From the NCBI GenBank assembly GCA_963847185.1, contig CAWJYV010000010.1:732151-796150 (forward strand): 64,000 bases of DNA. The letters run 5' to 3'. Position 1 is the stretch's first letter. Each line of letters opens with the position of its first letter. The notes beneath the pieces were generated by a model that had not been told where the DNA came from, ran no database searches, and saw nothing but the letters and a program-made list of their open reading frames with translations. Origin of the DNA: an uncultured Methanosarcinaceae archaeon (GTDB lineage: Archaea; Halobacteriota; Methanosarcinia; Methanosarcinales; Methanosarcinaceae). Position numbers and translations under genes: made by a program. Positions 11,664 through 24,130 of this stretch are shown in pieces.

Positions 11664-12376
11664 ATGACCGACCATCGCGATCATCTGGCAAAGCTGTTGT
11701 CGCTCGGCGTGCACGAGTTCCGCACCCCGGTGTCCGTCGTCTCGGGCTACCTGCGCATGATCCTGCGGCACTTCGGTGACAACCTCACCGAGCAGCAGCG
11801 GAAACTGCTCCAGGACGCGGAGAAATCGTGCGGGAACCTGACCCTGCTGATCGGAGAGATGAGCGACCTGGCGCAGATCGAGGACGGGCGCATCGGCCTC
11901 CGGCGCGATCCGATCCCGTTGTTCGCGCTGCTCAAGCAGGTGGCCGACGGTGTGCATGAGGCACAGGATCGCGGTGTGGTCCTGTCCGTGCGCGACGAAG
12001 GCCTCGAGGCGGTCGTCACCGGCGACCGCGAGAAGCTTCGCTCGGCGCTCACGTCGCTGCTGACCGCCGCGCTGCGCGAGCGGTCGGAGCCGGGAGCGCT
12101 GGTCGCCGCCTGCGCCCGGGTGCGAGGCCCGGAGGGCGAGTCGGCGGTGATTGCCATCGCCGACGGAAGCGACGCGGAGCGGCTCGCGACGCTCACCGGC
12201 GACACGCAAACCGGCGACACGTTCGATCAATACCGGGGCGGCATGGGCTTCAAGCTGGCGATCGCCGCACGCATCGTGGAGGCCCTCGGCGGGCGCGTGT
12301 CGTCGCCCGTCGCCGCTCGCGGCCGCCTGTCCATCGTCCTCTCGCTGCCCCTGGCGGCGGAACCGGAGAACGCAGC

Positions 12377-12380
<4 letters not shown>
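11664..12380 (+). CDS. Cytoplasmic histidine kinase lacking a sensor domain
   Basis: H-box GVHEFRTPVSVVSGYL near the N-terminus; divergent HATPase ending GGMGFKLAIAARIVEALGGRV. Confidence 0.8.
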
Positions 12381-13915
<1,535 letters not shown>

Positions 13916-14029
13916 AAGCCTTTCCGTTTGTGAGCACGCCGCTGCCCGCGCCAGCGCGACCGTCGGGCGCGGCGTGCGACCCTCCTTCCGTTTTCCTTCC
14001 AACAATTTCCACTTGCCGCCGATGAGCCG

Positions 14030-14045
14030 TGGCACCGGCCTTGCT
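14030..14045 (+). promoter_or_regulatory. Sigma-54 (-24/-12) promoter
   Basis: TGGCAC-CGGCC-TTGCT, exact consensus spacing, 33 nt before ATG 14079. Confidence 0.85.
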
Positions 14046-14078
14046 GACCTGTGATCCAGTTCAGGTGAAGCGAGTTCG

Positions 14079-15524
14079 ATGAACGAGTCATTTCCGGAGG
14101 TGCTCGTGGTCGGCGATGACGAGGCTGCTCGTGGCCTCGTGTCAGCGATTGTCGAGCGGCAGGGCTACCGCGCCATCGGCGTGTCCGAAGGGCGTGAAGC
14201 CCTCGCCCGCGTCGAGTCGGACCACCCCTCGGCGATCATCCTCGACGTCGGCATGCCGAGCGTCGAGGGTCTGGCGACGCTCGGGGCGATGAAGCAGCTC
14301 GATCGCGACATCCCGGTCATCGTGGTCTCGGGCGGCGCCGACACGACGACTGTGGTCCAGGCGATGCGGCTCGGCGCGGCCGACTTCGTCTGCAAGCCGC
14401 TGAACGACGAGGTGCTGAAGAAGCCGCTCGCCCACGCCCTCCGACAGCGCGCCCTCGCCGCCGAGCTCGCGGCGTTGCGCACGCAGATTCAGCTGCAGCC
14501 TTCGCACCGCTTCCTCCTCGGCACCAACGGACGCGTGGCCGAGGTCCGCCGGCTCATCGATCGCGTCGCGGACACGGACGTGACGGTGCTGATTCGCGGC
14601 GAGAGCGGCACTGGGAAGGAACTGGTCGCGCGCGCGATTCACACCAGCTCCTCGCGGCGCGACCACCCGCTCGTGAAAGTCAATTGCGCGGCGCTGCCCA
14701 CCGAGCTGCTCGAATCCGAACTGTTCGGTTACGAGCGTGGCGCCTTCACCGGCGCGATCCAGCAGAAGCCCGGGAAGTTCGAATTCGCCAACCACGGAAC
14801 AATGTTTCTGGACGAGATTGGCGAGGTCCCTCCCACGTTGCAGGCAAAGCTATTGCAGGTGCTTCAGGACGGGGAATTCTCGCGTCTCGGAGGCAAGTCG
14901 GATCTCCGCGTGGATGCGCGGATCGTGGCGGCAACCAACCGGGACCTCGAGCAGGCCGTGGCCTTGGGCCAGTTTCGTGAGGATCTCCTCTTCCGCCTGA
15001 ACGTGGTGACGATCGCGCTGCCGCCGCTGCGGGAGCGGCGCGAGGACATCGCGGCCTTCACCGAGTACTTCCTCAAGAAGTTCTCCGTGCACTACAACAA
15101 GCCGCGGCCCTCGCTCTCGGCGGATACGCGCGAACTCATGGAGAAGTACGAGTGGCCAGGCAACGTCCGCGAGCTGGAGAACATGGTGCGGCGCCTCATC
15201 ATCCTCGGCAGCGAGGCGCCGATCCAGCGCGAGCTTGCGCGGGGCGTGCCGCGCCCGGTTCCCCCCATCCCGGCCATGCCCGCACTCCCGAGCACCACCC
15301 CGGCCTCGCCCGACCAACCCGACGCCGAGCCGGCGCACGGGGTGGGTCTCAAAGAGATTGCGCGGACGGCGGCGCGCGACGCCGAGCGGGTGGCGATCGA
15401 AGCGATGCTGCGGCGCACGCGCTGGAACCGCAAAGAGGCCGCGGAAATCCTCGGCATCAGCTACAAGGCGCTCCTCTACAAGATCAAGGAGACCGGGCTC
15501 GACAAGAACCCGTTTACGCCATGA
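14079..15524 (+). CDS. Sigma-54-dependent response regulator (NtrC family)
   Basis: REC, GESGTGKE, GAFTGA, FLDEIGE, WPGNVRELEN, HTH. Confidence 0.95.
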   Translation: MNESFPEVLVVGDDEAARGLVSAIVERQGYRAIGVSEGREALARVESDHPSAIILDVGMPSVEGLATLGAMKQLDRDIPVIVVSGGADTTTVVQAMRLGAADFVCKPLNDEVLKKPLAHALRQRALAAELAALRTQIQLQPSHRFLLGTNGRVAEVRRLIDRVADTDVTVLIRGESGTGKELVARAIHTSSSRRDHPLVKVNCAALPTELLESELFGYERGAFTGAIQQKPGKFEFANHGTMFLDEIGEVPPTLQAKLLQVLQDGEFSRLGGKSDLRVDARIVAATNRDLEQAVALGQFREDLLFRLNVVTIALPPLRERREDIAAFTEYFLKKFSVHYNKPRPSLSADTRELMEKYEWPGNVRELENMVRRLIILGSEAPIQRELARGVPRPVPPIPAMPALPSTTPASPDQPDAEPAHGVGLKEIARTAARDAERVAIEAMLRRTRWNRKEAAEILGISYKALLYKIKETGLDKNPFTP

Positions 15525-16003
15525 AGAGCGCCCCTCACCGCGACGGATCGCGCCTCCTGACGCCCGCGGCCTTCGAGCCGGCGCTCGCCGCCGAGCTCAA
15601 GCGCGCCATGCGCAGCCAGACCTTCGTCGCGCTCGTCGCGATCGAGGCGCGGCGGGTATGGGACGGCCTGACGATTTCCGCCGACGATGGCACCGTTGCC
15701 GAACTGGCGGAGATCCTTTGCCACGAAGTCCGTGGGACGGACCTGCTCGCGTGCGCGGCCCGGGCCACGGTCTGGCTCGTCCTGCCCGACACAGACGGCG
15801 AAGGGTCGCAGGCCGTCATCGCCCGCGTCGTGGCGCGGGTCGACAGCCACCGATTCTCCGCGCCGCTGTCGGTCGCCGTCGGCGCGTCCTGCTGTCCGAC
15901 CGACGCGGCCGACGCCGCAACGCTGATGCGCGAAGCGGTCTCGCGACCGATGTTCAGCGCGCGGCGCACCGTTGACCCCGCTCTTTCAATGGATCGCACA
16001 TGA
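15521..16003 (+). CDS. Degenerate GGDEF-like domain protein
   Basis: ATGA overlaps at both ends; AELKRAMRS...VRGTDLL...LVLPDTD...SVAVGASCCPTDAADAATLMREA; no GGDEF motif. Confidence 0.65.
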   Translation: MKSAPHRDGSRLLTPAAFEPALAAELKRAMRSQTFVALVAIEARRVWDGLTISADDGTVAELAEILCHEVRGTDLLACAARATVWLVLPDTDGEGSQAVIARVVARVDSHRFSAPLSVAVGASCCPTDAADAATLMREAVSRPMFSARRTVDPALSMDRT

Positions 16004-16671
16004 ACAACGTCCCTCGCTCCAGCCGCACGCCGACCCGGTGGTTGGCCCCGTTCCTGGCCGTCCTCGCGGCCGTTGCGCTGCAGGCCCCCTCTCGGGCGGC
16101 CGCGCAGCAGGCGACCGGCACGAGCGGATCGTCGGCGCCCGCCCCTGCGCCCGACAGGCCCGCCGCGCCGCACGACACCGCAAACGTCAACGTCAGCGAC
16201 TACCGGCTGGGCGCGGGCGACAAGCTGCGCATCGAGGTTTACAAGGACCCGCAGCTCTCGCAGTCGCTCCAGATCAGGCCCGACGGGAAGATCACCATGC
16301 CGCTCATCGGCGACATCCCCGCCGTGGGCCTCACGCCGCTCGAACTGCGCGACCGGCTGACGTCGATGCTCAAGGACTACGTGACCAACCCGGTCGTGAC
16401 CGTCATCGTGCAGGAGGCCGTCGCCTCGAACGTCTACGTGATGGGCGAGGTCAACAAGCCCGGTCCCCTGCCGCTGTCCGGACCGATGACGGTCCTGCAG
16501 GCACTCGCCATGGCGGGGGGGTTCAAGGACTTTGCGAACACGAAGGACATCAGGGTCCTGCGCCGGACGGCGACGGGCGTCGACACGCTCCACTTCAATT
16601 ACAAGGACGCCGTGAAGGGGTCCGGCCGGGCCGTCTACCTCCGGTCTGGCGACACGATCATCGTCCCCTAG
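16000..16671 (+). CDS. wza: Polysaccharide export protein (Wza/EpsE-like; Poly_export + SLBB)
   Basis: YRLGAGDKLRIEV, IRPDGKITMPLIGDI, VYVMGEVNKPG, LQALAMAGG, LRSGDTIIVP. Confidence 0.9.
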   Translation: MNNVPRSSRTPTRWLAPFLAVLAAVALQAPSRAAAQQATGTSGSSAPAPAPDRPAAPHDTANVNVSDYRLGAGDKLRIEVYKDPQLSQSLQIRPDGKITMPLIGDIPAVGLTPLELRDRLTSMLKDYVTNPVVTVIVQEAVASNVYVMGEVNKPGPLPLSGPMTVLQALAMAGGFKDFANTKDIRVLRRTATGVDTLHFNYKDAVKGSGRAVYLRSGDTIIVP

Positions 16672-16686
16672 CGAGCGAGGAACCAG

Positions 16687-17891
16687 ATGCACCCGACGCG
16701 TGTAGCGCACGCCTCCAGTCTCGCGGTTCTCCTCGCACTGGGGCTGTCCGTTCTGCCGGCATCGGCACAGACATTCCGCGAGGCGGATCCCGGCCGGACG
16801 CCCGGCTGGGTGTTCACGCCCACTTTCGTCTTCTCGCTGGCGCACGACGACAACGTGACGCTCGCCGGACACCAGTCGCCGAGCGCGTCGGACACGCTCA
16901 CGGTCGTCACGCCCGTCGCCGACGTGCAGTACCGCGGGCGGCACAACTGGATTGGGGCCGGGTACGACGATCCTGGTCGCTCTATCGCACGCTCAACGAG
17001 CTCAACGCGTACGACCAGAACGTCCGGTTCGAGTCGCGCAGCGACGTCACGCGGCGGGTGGCGCTGCTCTTCCACGAGCAGTACTCGCGGCACCCGACCA
17101 CGGATGTCGTGGAACTGCTCGGCGTGCCGTTCCTCCGCACCGGTTCACGGCTGAACGACGCGCGCGCCGAGGTGAAGGTGCTCGCCGCCCGCCATACGAG
17201 CGTCAGCGCCTGGTACAGCCACGAACTGGTACGCTTCGAGAACGACCCCCTGTATGCGGAGTACCTGCACGGCGGACACGCGCACGCGTTGGCTGGATCC
17301 GTCGACCAGCAGGTATCGCCGCGGATCACGGTCGGCGCGCGCTACAGCTTCAGGCGCTCCCTGGTCGCGGACAACGGCGGCCAGGTTGACATGACGGACG
17401 CGGCGGGCAGCTTCTCGTACCTGGCGACGCCCTCCACGACCGTGGCCGGGTCGCTCGGCGTCGCCCGCCTCGTCGACTCCCGGGCGATGACCACCAAGAC
17501 CGGCCCGTCGTGGAGCGCGAGCGTCGACCAGCGTCTCGACCGCGTTTCGCTGAGCGCCGCGTACGAGCGGTCGTACGTCCCCTCGTTCGGCCTCGGCGGC
17601 ACGCTGCAGAACCAGGAGTTCACCGCCAGCCTTCGGATGCCGCTCGCCCGCAATCGCCTCTACTGGCAGGGCGGCGTTGCCTGGCGGCGCACCCAGCCGC
17701 TGACGATCACCGACCTGCCCCTGACGTCCCTGTGGTTCCAGACCTGGGTCGGCTACTCCGTCCAGCGGTGGCTGCGCGTCGAGGGCTACTTCTGGCGGAC
17801 GCAGCAGGACTCGCACGCCGCGGGCGGCCGCGTGGATCGCGATCGCATCGGCATTCAGCTCGTGACGGCCATGCCCATGAGGATTCAGTAA
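16687..17891 (+). CDS. Outer-membrane beta-barrel protein of the EPS export system (indel ~16970)
   Basis: Signal peptide, HDDNV, alternating aromatic beta-strands; lies between wza and the chain-length gene. Confidence 0.65.
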
Positions 17892-19337
17892 TGGACGAAC
17901 CCCGTTTTCACCCGCTCGACTACCTGTCCGTCGTCAAACGGCGCAAGTGGTGGCTGATTGTCCCGCTCGCGCTCGCGACAGCCGTCGGGGTCGCGCTCGC
18001 GATCTTCCTGCCGCGCGAGGTACCTCTCGAGCACGACGATCGGCGTCACCTCGCCGTCGGTGTCGCCCGACATCGCCAAGGTCGGGGCGCCGCTCGATCG
18101 CGAGGAGCGCCAGCGGGCGATCGGCCAGCAGTTGCTCAGCAAGAACGTGCTGACCCGCGTGGTGCGCGCCGAGCACCTCTCGAACGACGACGCCTCGGAC
18201 GAGGCGGCGGTCGCGCGGCTGCGAGGCCACGTCCAGCCGATCGCGCTGACACAGCCAATCAGCGGAGCGGAGGGAGGCCCCGACACCTTCATGTTGTCCT
18301 ACGTGGATGCGACGCCCGAGGCGGCGCAGCGGATCACCGCGCGCATCGCCCAGGTCTTCGTGGACGAGACCTCGAAGGGCCAGGAGACCCGCGCGCAGGA
18401 CACGACGCAGTTCATTGCCAACCAGCTCGCACTGAGCAGGACGCGGCTGTCGCAGCTCGAGGAACGGCTCACCGCGGCCAAGCGCGCGTACATGGGCAGG
18501 CTGCCCGAGCAAAGCGCCGCCAATCTTCAGACCCTCAACGGCCTCCGGCAGCAGCTCGACTCGACCGACACGGCGCTGCGCGGTGAGCAGGACCGCCTGT
18601 CGATGATCGAGCGGCAGATGGGGGCCATGCGCGAGGGCGCGGACTCGGTGCCGCTCGTGCGCGGCGACGTCCCGCAGGTGCCGTCCACGCCCCAAGGGCG
18701 CGTCGCCGCCCTCGAACGCCAGCTGGCCGAGGCGCGGCTCATGTACACCGACAAGCACCCGGAGGTCGTGCGGCTGCAGGAGGAGTTGAAGCGCGCGCGG
18801 TCGGAGGCCGCGGCCGAGCGGGCGCGCCCGGAGTCGGACCGGATCACCACGCTGAAGGCCGATCCGACCTACCGCCAGCTGATGGCAGACCAGGAGAACG
18901 GGCGAATGCGCGTCCGTGAACTGCAACGCGCCGAGACGCAGATTCGCGCGCAGATCAACGCCTACCAACAGCGCGTGGAGGGATCGCCGCTGGTGGAACA
19001 GCAACTGACGTCGCTGCAGCGCGACTACGACCTGGAGAAGAAACAGGACCAGGAACTGTCCGCACGACGGGATGCGGCTGCACTCTCCGAAGACCTCGAG
19101 CGGAGGCAGGCGGGCGAGCGCTTCAGGGTGCTGTCTCCCGCCAACTGGCCTCACGAGCCGTTCCGACCGAACGTCTTCCGCATCCTGGTGATGGCGCTCG
19201 TGGCCGGCGTCTTCCTCGGCGGCCTCGCCGCGGTCGGCCGCGAGTTCCTCGACCGTTCGATCTACGACGCGCACACGCTGCAGCACGACTACGACCTGCC
19301 GGTGCTCGGCGAAATCTCTCGGATCCGGGCCGCATAG
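17891..19337 (+). CDS. Polysaccharide chain-length determinant / co-polymerase (GumC/Wzc N-part; indel ~18020)
   Basis: DYLSVVKRRKWWLIVP, coiled coils, YTDKHPEVVRL, GERFRVLSPA, C-terminal TM, LPVLGEISRI. Confidence 0.88.
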
Positions 19338-19345
19338 GAGACGAC

Positions 19346-20347
19346 ATGAGCCGCATCCAGCAAATCCTCGACAAGGCCGAGCGCGAAGGGCGCATGAGGC
19401 GCACAGTCGCGCTCGAGGACGCGGTGGCGACCCCGCCGCCCGCCGCGCCGCGACCGGTGGAGGCGCCCGCCGCCGTCCGTCCGGAGCCTGCCCGACCGGA
19501 GCCGCCGCGGCCCGATCCCCCGCGGCCCGTCGCGGTTCGGCCGACAGCCGCGCCGGCACGCGCGACCGCGGCGCCGCCGCCAGCACCAGCGCCCGTGGTC
19601 GTCAGCCCGCTGGTAACACCCACGCGCATCAGCGACGCGAAGCTCGGGCCGCTTGGCATCGCCGCTCTCCAGCCGCATTCGGCGGTGGCGGAGCAGTACC
19701 GAACGCTGCGGACCCGGATTCCGCAGTCCGAGCAGGAACGCTACTACCGCGCCATCCTCGTCACCAGCCCGTGCGCCGGGGACGGCAAGAGCGTCACCTC
19801 GCTCAACCTCGCGCTCGCCATGGCGCAGGAGTTCCACCGCCGCGTCCTGCTGGTGGACGCCGATCTCCGGGACCCGTCGCTCCACCGGCTGCTCGGCATT
19901 CCGGGCCGGCCCGGCCTCTCCGAGATCCTGGCCGGCACCGCGACGCCCGACGAGGCGATGGTGACGCTTGCCGACTGCCGGCTGACGGTGCTTCCGGCCG
20001 GGAGCCCGGTCGATCGCCCCACGGAGCTGCTCGGGTCGGCGGAAATGCGCCGGCTGGTCGACACGCTCCGGACGCAGTTCGACCGCGTCATCTTCGACAC
20101 GCCGCCGGCGGTCCCGCTCGCCGATGTCGGCGTCCTCGCGCCGCTGGCCGACGGCGTGCTTCTCGTCGTCCGCGCGGGGCAGACGCCGCGTCCCGCAATC
20201 GATCGCGCCGTCGAGGACATCTCCCCGGAGCGCATCCTGGGCCTCGTCCTCAACGACGTCCCCGAAATTGCGGCGGAGGACCGGTACGGCACCCCGCCGG
20301 CGGACGCACCCGTGCGGCCGCGCGGCGCGCGCCGGGCGTCGGCGTGA
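19346..20347 (+). CDS. CpsD/CapB family tyrosine autokinase
   Basis: MSRIQQILDKA, AEQYRTLRTRI, Walker A SPCAGDGKS, LLVDADLR, VIFDTPP. Confidence 0.9.
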   Translation: MSRIQQILDKAEREGRMRRTVALEDAVATPPPAAPRPVEAPAAVRPEPARPEPPRPDPPRPVAVRPTAAPARATAAPPPAPAPVVVSPLVTPTRISDAKLGPLGIAALQPHSAVAEQYRTLRTRIPQSEQERYYRAILVTSPCAGDGKSVTSLNLALAMAQEFHRRVLLVDADLRDPSLHRLLGIPGRPGLSEILAGTATPDEAMVTLADCRLTVLPAGSPVDRPTELLGSAEMRRLVDTLRTQFDRVIFDTPPAVPLADVGVLAPLADGVLLVVRAGQTPRPAIDRAVEDISPERILGLVLNDVPEIAAEDRYGTPPADAPVRPRGARRASA

Positions 20348-20360
20348 GGGAGGCGGAAGG

Positions 20361-21734
20361 GTGACACTGTTCAAGCGGTCGGTCTCGGCGCGCGGCGTGG
20401 CGGCATTCGCGGGCGAGATCCTGCTGATCTTCGGCTCGGTCGCCGCTGCCATGCGCCTGCACGACCCCGCGGCCGACCCGGCCACCGTGTTGTGGAAGGC
20501 AGGCCTCACGGCAGTGGTGTGCCAGCTCACCCTGTACTACAACGACTTCTACGACCTGACGCTGGTGCAGTCGAGTCGCGAACTCGTCGTCCGGCTCCTG
20601 CAGTCGGCCGGCGCCGCGACCATCATCCTCGCGGGCCTGTACATCGCCGTGCCTGCCTTCAACCTGGGCAGCAGCGTCGTCGTCACGGCCCTCTGCCTGT
20701 TCCTCGTCGCGGTGCTCACCTGGCGCATCGTGTTCTACCGCATTGCCGACTCGCGCCACCTCGAAGAGCGGGTCCTGATCGTCGGCACCGGCAGCGCCGC
20801 CCGCACAGTGGCGCGCCAGATTCTGATCGAGCGCGATTTCGGCTACCGGCTGGTTGGCTTCGTGGACGACGAGCCGGCCGACGCGGTCCACGGCGCCGCG
20901 CGGGCCGCCGTGCTCGGCAGCACCGCCGATATCCCTCGCCTCGTCGAGGCGTACGGCGTGAGCCGCATCGTCGTCGGCCTGCGCGACCGCCGGGGCCGCC
21001 TGCCGATCCAGGAACTGATGCAGGCGAAGCTCTCGGGGGTCCGCGTCGAAGATGCGACACAAACCTACGAGCGGATTACCGGGAAGATCCTCGTCGACAA
21101 CCTGCGCCCCAGCTGGCTGATCTTCTCAGATGGTTTTTACGTGTCGAGGCTGACGCGCGCCGCAAAGCGCGCCGCCGACATGGGGCTGGCGCTGTTTGGG
21201 GCCCTCCTCGCCACGCCGCTCATGGTGGTCACGGGCATCGCGGTCTGGCTCGAATCCGGGCGACCCGTTCTCTATCGCCAGGACCGCGTGGGCCTCAACG
21301 GCCGCACCTTCACGCTCTATAAGTTCCGCTCGATGCGCGCCGATGCCGAGTCGGGGACGCCCGTGTGGGCGCAGGACCGCGACGATCGTGTCACCGCCGT
21401 CGGCCGGGTGATCCGCAAGACGAGGCTCGACGAGCTGCCGCAGCTCTGGAACGTGCTGCGAGGGGACATGAGCTTCGTCGGTCCGCGGCCCGAGCGCCCG
21501 TTCTTCGTCGAGCAGTTGAGCGCGCAGATTCCCTTCTACCCCCAGCGCCACGCGGTCAGACCCGGACTTACGGGGTGGGCGCAGGTGAGGTATCGGTACG
21601 GCGCTTCCGTCGAGGATGCCATGGAGAAGCTGCGCTACGACCTTTACTACATCAAGAACCTCTCGTTCGGCTTCGACGTCACGATCATTTTCGACACGGT
21701 GAAGGTCATCCTGTCCGGCAAGGGGGCCAAGTGA
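20361..21734 (+). CDS. Polyprenyl-phosphate priming sugar transferase (PEP-CTERM/XrtA-system type)
   Basis: 4 TM helices, [56 protein letters not shown]. Confidence 0.92.
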   Translation: MTLFKRSVSARGVAAFAGEILLIFGSVAAAMRLHDPAADPATVLWKAGLTAVVCQLTLYYNDFYDLTLVQSSRELVVRLLQSAGAATIILAGLYIAVPAFNLGSSVVVTALCLFLVAVLTWRIVFYRIADSRHLEERVLIVGTGSAARTVARQILIERDFGYRLVGFVDDEPADAVHGAARAAVLGSTADIPRLVEAYGVSRIVVGLRDRRGRLPIQELMQAKLSGVRVEDATQTYERITGKILVDNLRPSWLIFSDGFYVSRLTRAAKRAADMGLALFGALLATPLMVVTGIAVWLESGRPVLYRQDRVGLNGRTFTLYKFRSMRADAESGTPVWAQDRDDRVTAVGRVIRKTRLDELPQLWNVLRGDMSFVGPRPERPFFVEQLSAQIPFYPQRHAVRPGLTGWAQVRYRYGASVEDAMEKLRYDLYYIKNLSFGFDVTIIFDTVKVILSGKGAK

Positions 21735-23309
21735 CCCAGCCCTCCCCCGTCCGCTCGCCGTGGGACGGATCCGGCACCGCGCTGCCCGCCATCGCGCGCA
21801 ATGTCGGCACTCGATACCTAGCCATCGCAACCGAGGCGGTCCTCGGCCTGCGTCATCCTCCCCTTCAACATTGCGAAGCTGGGCCAGGACGGGTACGGCC
21901 TCTGGATGATCGCGGCCTCGATCACCGCCTACTTCTCGATTCTCGATCTCGGCTACGGCGGCGCGCTCGTCAAGTTCGTCGCGCACTACCGCGCCAAGCG
22001 CGATGCCGAGGCCATCAACGACATCCTGTCCACGTTGTTCGTGGTCTTCACCGCGGGCGCGCTCCTGGCGTGGCTGCTGGCGGCCGCCATCGGCCTTCAG
22101 CTCGAATCGCTCTTCCACCTGGACCCCGCGCGCGCCGCCACCGGCCGGGCCGTCCTGCTCATCATCGCGGCGCAGGTGGCGTCGGGCTTCGCGTTCAGCG
22201 TCTTTGGCGCCGTCATCAACGGTTTTCAGCGCTACGACTTGAACAACATCGTCGGCGCCACAACCAGCATCATCGTGGCACTGGTCAACGTCGCCGTGCT
22301 CAGCGCCGACGGTGGCCTGGTGACCCTGGTCGCCTCCACCACGGCCGTGCGCTTCTTTGCGTATTTCGTCTACCGGCACAACGCCTATCGCGTCTTCCCG
22401 GCCCTCTCGGTGCGCGCGTCCCGCTTCAGCCTGATCCGACTTCGCGAGGTCACCGGGTTCAGCGTCTTCGTCCTGATGCTCGATTGGGCGGCCAAGGTGA
22501 ACTACTCGGTGGACGCCATCGTCATCGGCGCCACGCTCGGCACCGCGGCTGTGGCGATTTGGACCGTGCCGCAGCGCCTGGTCGAGGCGATCCAGCGAAT
22601 GACGAACCAGCTGAACGACGTGCTGTTTCCGACGGTCGTCGACAGCGACACCGCGAACCGCCAGGATTGGCTTCGCCTCATCCTCGTCCAGGCCACGCGC
22701 CTGTCGCTTGCGGCCGTCCTGCCTGCCGCGTGCTTCCTCGCGGTATTTGCCGGGCGCATCATCACCGGCTGGGTCGGGCCCGGCTTTCCGGGCGCGGTGC
22801 CCGTCGCCATTCTACTCGCCGCCGTCGTCGCGATGCGCGTCGGCACCGCCACGGCGATGACCATCCTCAAAGGAGCCGGGCTCCACCGCATGCTGGCGTG
22901 GACCAACCTCGCCACCGCGGCCGCGAACCTGTCGCTCAGCCTGTTGCTGGTGCGGCGCTTCGGCCTGACGGGCGTGGCGGTCGGGACGCTTCTTCCCGTC
23001 GCGGCGGCGTCCGCGTTAGTGATCTTCCCCGTCGGCTGCCGGCGCGTGGGCATCCCGCTGGGCCGGGCGTTGCGCCAGGCAGTCTGGCCGGCGGCCTGGC
23101 CGGCGGCGGTGCTCACAGCGTGGCTGTTCGCCGTGCGGCCGTTCGTGCCCGCATGGCTCCCCGCGGTGGCCGTACACGCCGCCGTTGCGGGAGCGCTGTA
23201 CCTGCTTCTGTTCGTCCGTTGGGGCCTGCCTCCGGCGGAGCGACGCTTCTACGTCTCGAAAGCCGCGCCGATGGTGGCGCGCTTCAGGCGCGCGGAGGTC
23301 ACCACGTGA
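21731..23309 (+). CDS. Oligosaccharide flippase (Wzx/MATE-like; indel ~21850)
   Basis: YGLW...SILDLGYGGALVKFVA; about 12 or more TM helices. Confidence 0.85.
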
Positions 23310-24130
23310 GTACCAGAGCCGTCATCCTCGCCGCCGGCCGCGGGTCGCGTCTCGGACCTCGCCTGGCTGGCCTGCCCAAGTGCCTGCTGACCCTCGGCGG
23401 CGTCACCCTCCTCGAGCGGCAGCTGGCATCGCTGCGTCTCGCCGGCATCAAGTCGTGCACCGTCGTGGCCGGCTACGAGGCGCCACGTGTCTCAGCAATC
23501 TGCGCGGGTCTGGCGGACGTCCTCGTGAATGACCGGTTCGCCGAGACCAACAGCATGTACTCGCTCTGGCTGGCGCGCACGTTTCTCGCAGACGGCTTCA
23601 TCGTGATGAACGGCGACGTCCTGTTCCATCCTCAGCTCTTGACGGACTTGCTGTCGTCGCGCTTCGACGACGCGCTGCTCGTCGCCTTCCGGGATCCGAC
23701 GGCGGCGCCGTTCGGCGATGAGGAGATGAAGGTGAAGGTGCGGGGCGGCCGCGTCGCGGACATTTCGAAGACGCTGCCAGCGGAAGACACGGACGGCGAG
23801 AACGTGGGCGTGGCGCGCTTCTCGCCCGACGGCGCGGCCTTGCTCTGCGAGCTCATGGACGACCTGGTCGGCCAGGGCCGGCTGCGCGAGTGGGCACCCC
23901 GGGCATTCCAGGCCTTCGCCGCCCGGCGGCCGCTGCACGCCGTCGGGACCCGGGGCTATCCCTGGATCGAAATCGACTTCCAGGAAGACTACCAGCGAGC
24001 GTGTGCGGAGGTCCTGCCGCAGCTCGATGGTGACGCCGGAGACACCGGCGAGTTGCCCGTGCTCGGCGCGCCCCCGATGGCGGCCGGCGATTCCCCGGCG
24101 GAGTGGAGGCCGCAGACCCGCCATGTATGA
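23306..24130 (+). CDS. Phosphocholine cytidylyltransferase (LicC)-like NTP transferase
   Basis: AVILAAGRGSRL, PKCLL, TNSMYSLWLA, MNGDVLF, EEMKV, WIEIDFQEDY. Confidence 0.85.
   Translation: MSTRAVILAAGRGSRLGPRLAGLPKCLLTLGGVTLLERQLASLRLAGIKSCTVVAGYEAPRVSAICAGLADVLVNDRFAETNSMYSLWLARTFLADGFIVMNGDVLFHPQLLTDLLSSRFDDALLVAFRDPTAAPFGDEEMKVKVRGGRVADISKTLPAEDTDGENVGVARFSPDGAALLCELMDDLVGQGRLREWAPRAFQAFAARRPLHAVGTRGYPWIEIDFQEDYQRACAEVLPQLDGDAGDTGELPVLGAPPMAAGDSPAEWRPQTRHV

Noticed and set aside
21365-24130. 921-aa fusion ORF ending in the NTP transferase (similarly 45304-47379 and 32210-33709 extensions)
   Set aside because: The upstream parts are alternative frames over neighbouring genes; the real starts overlap the previous stop codons.
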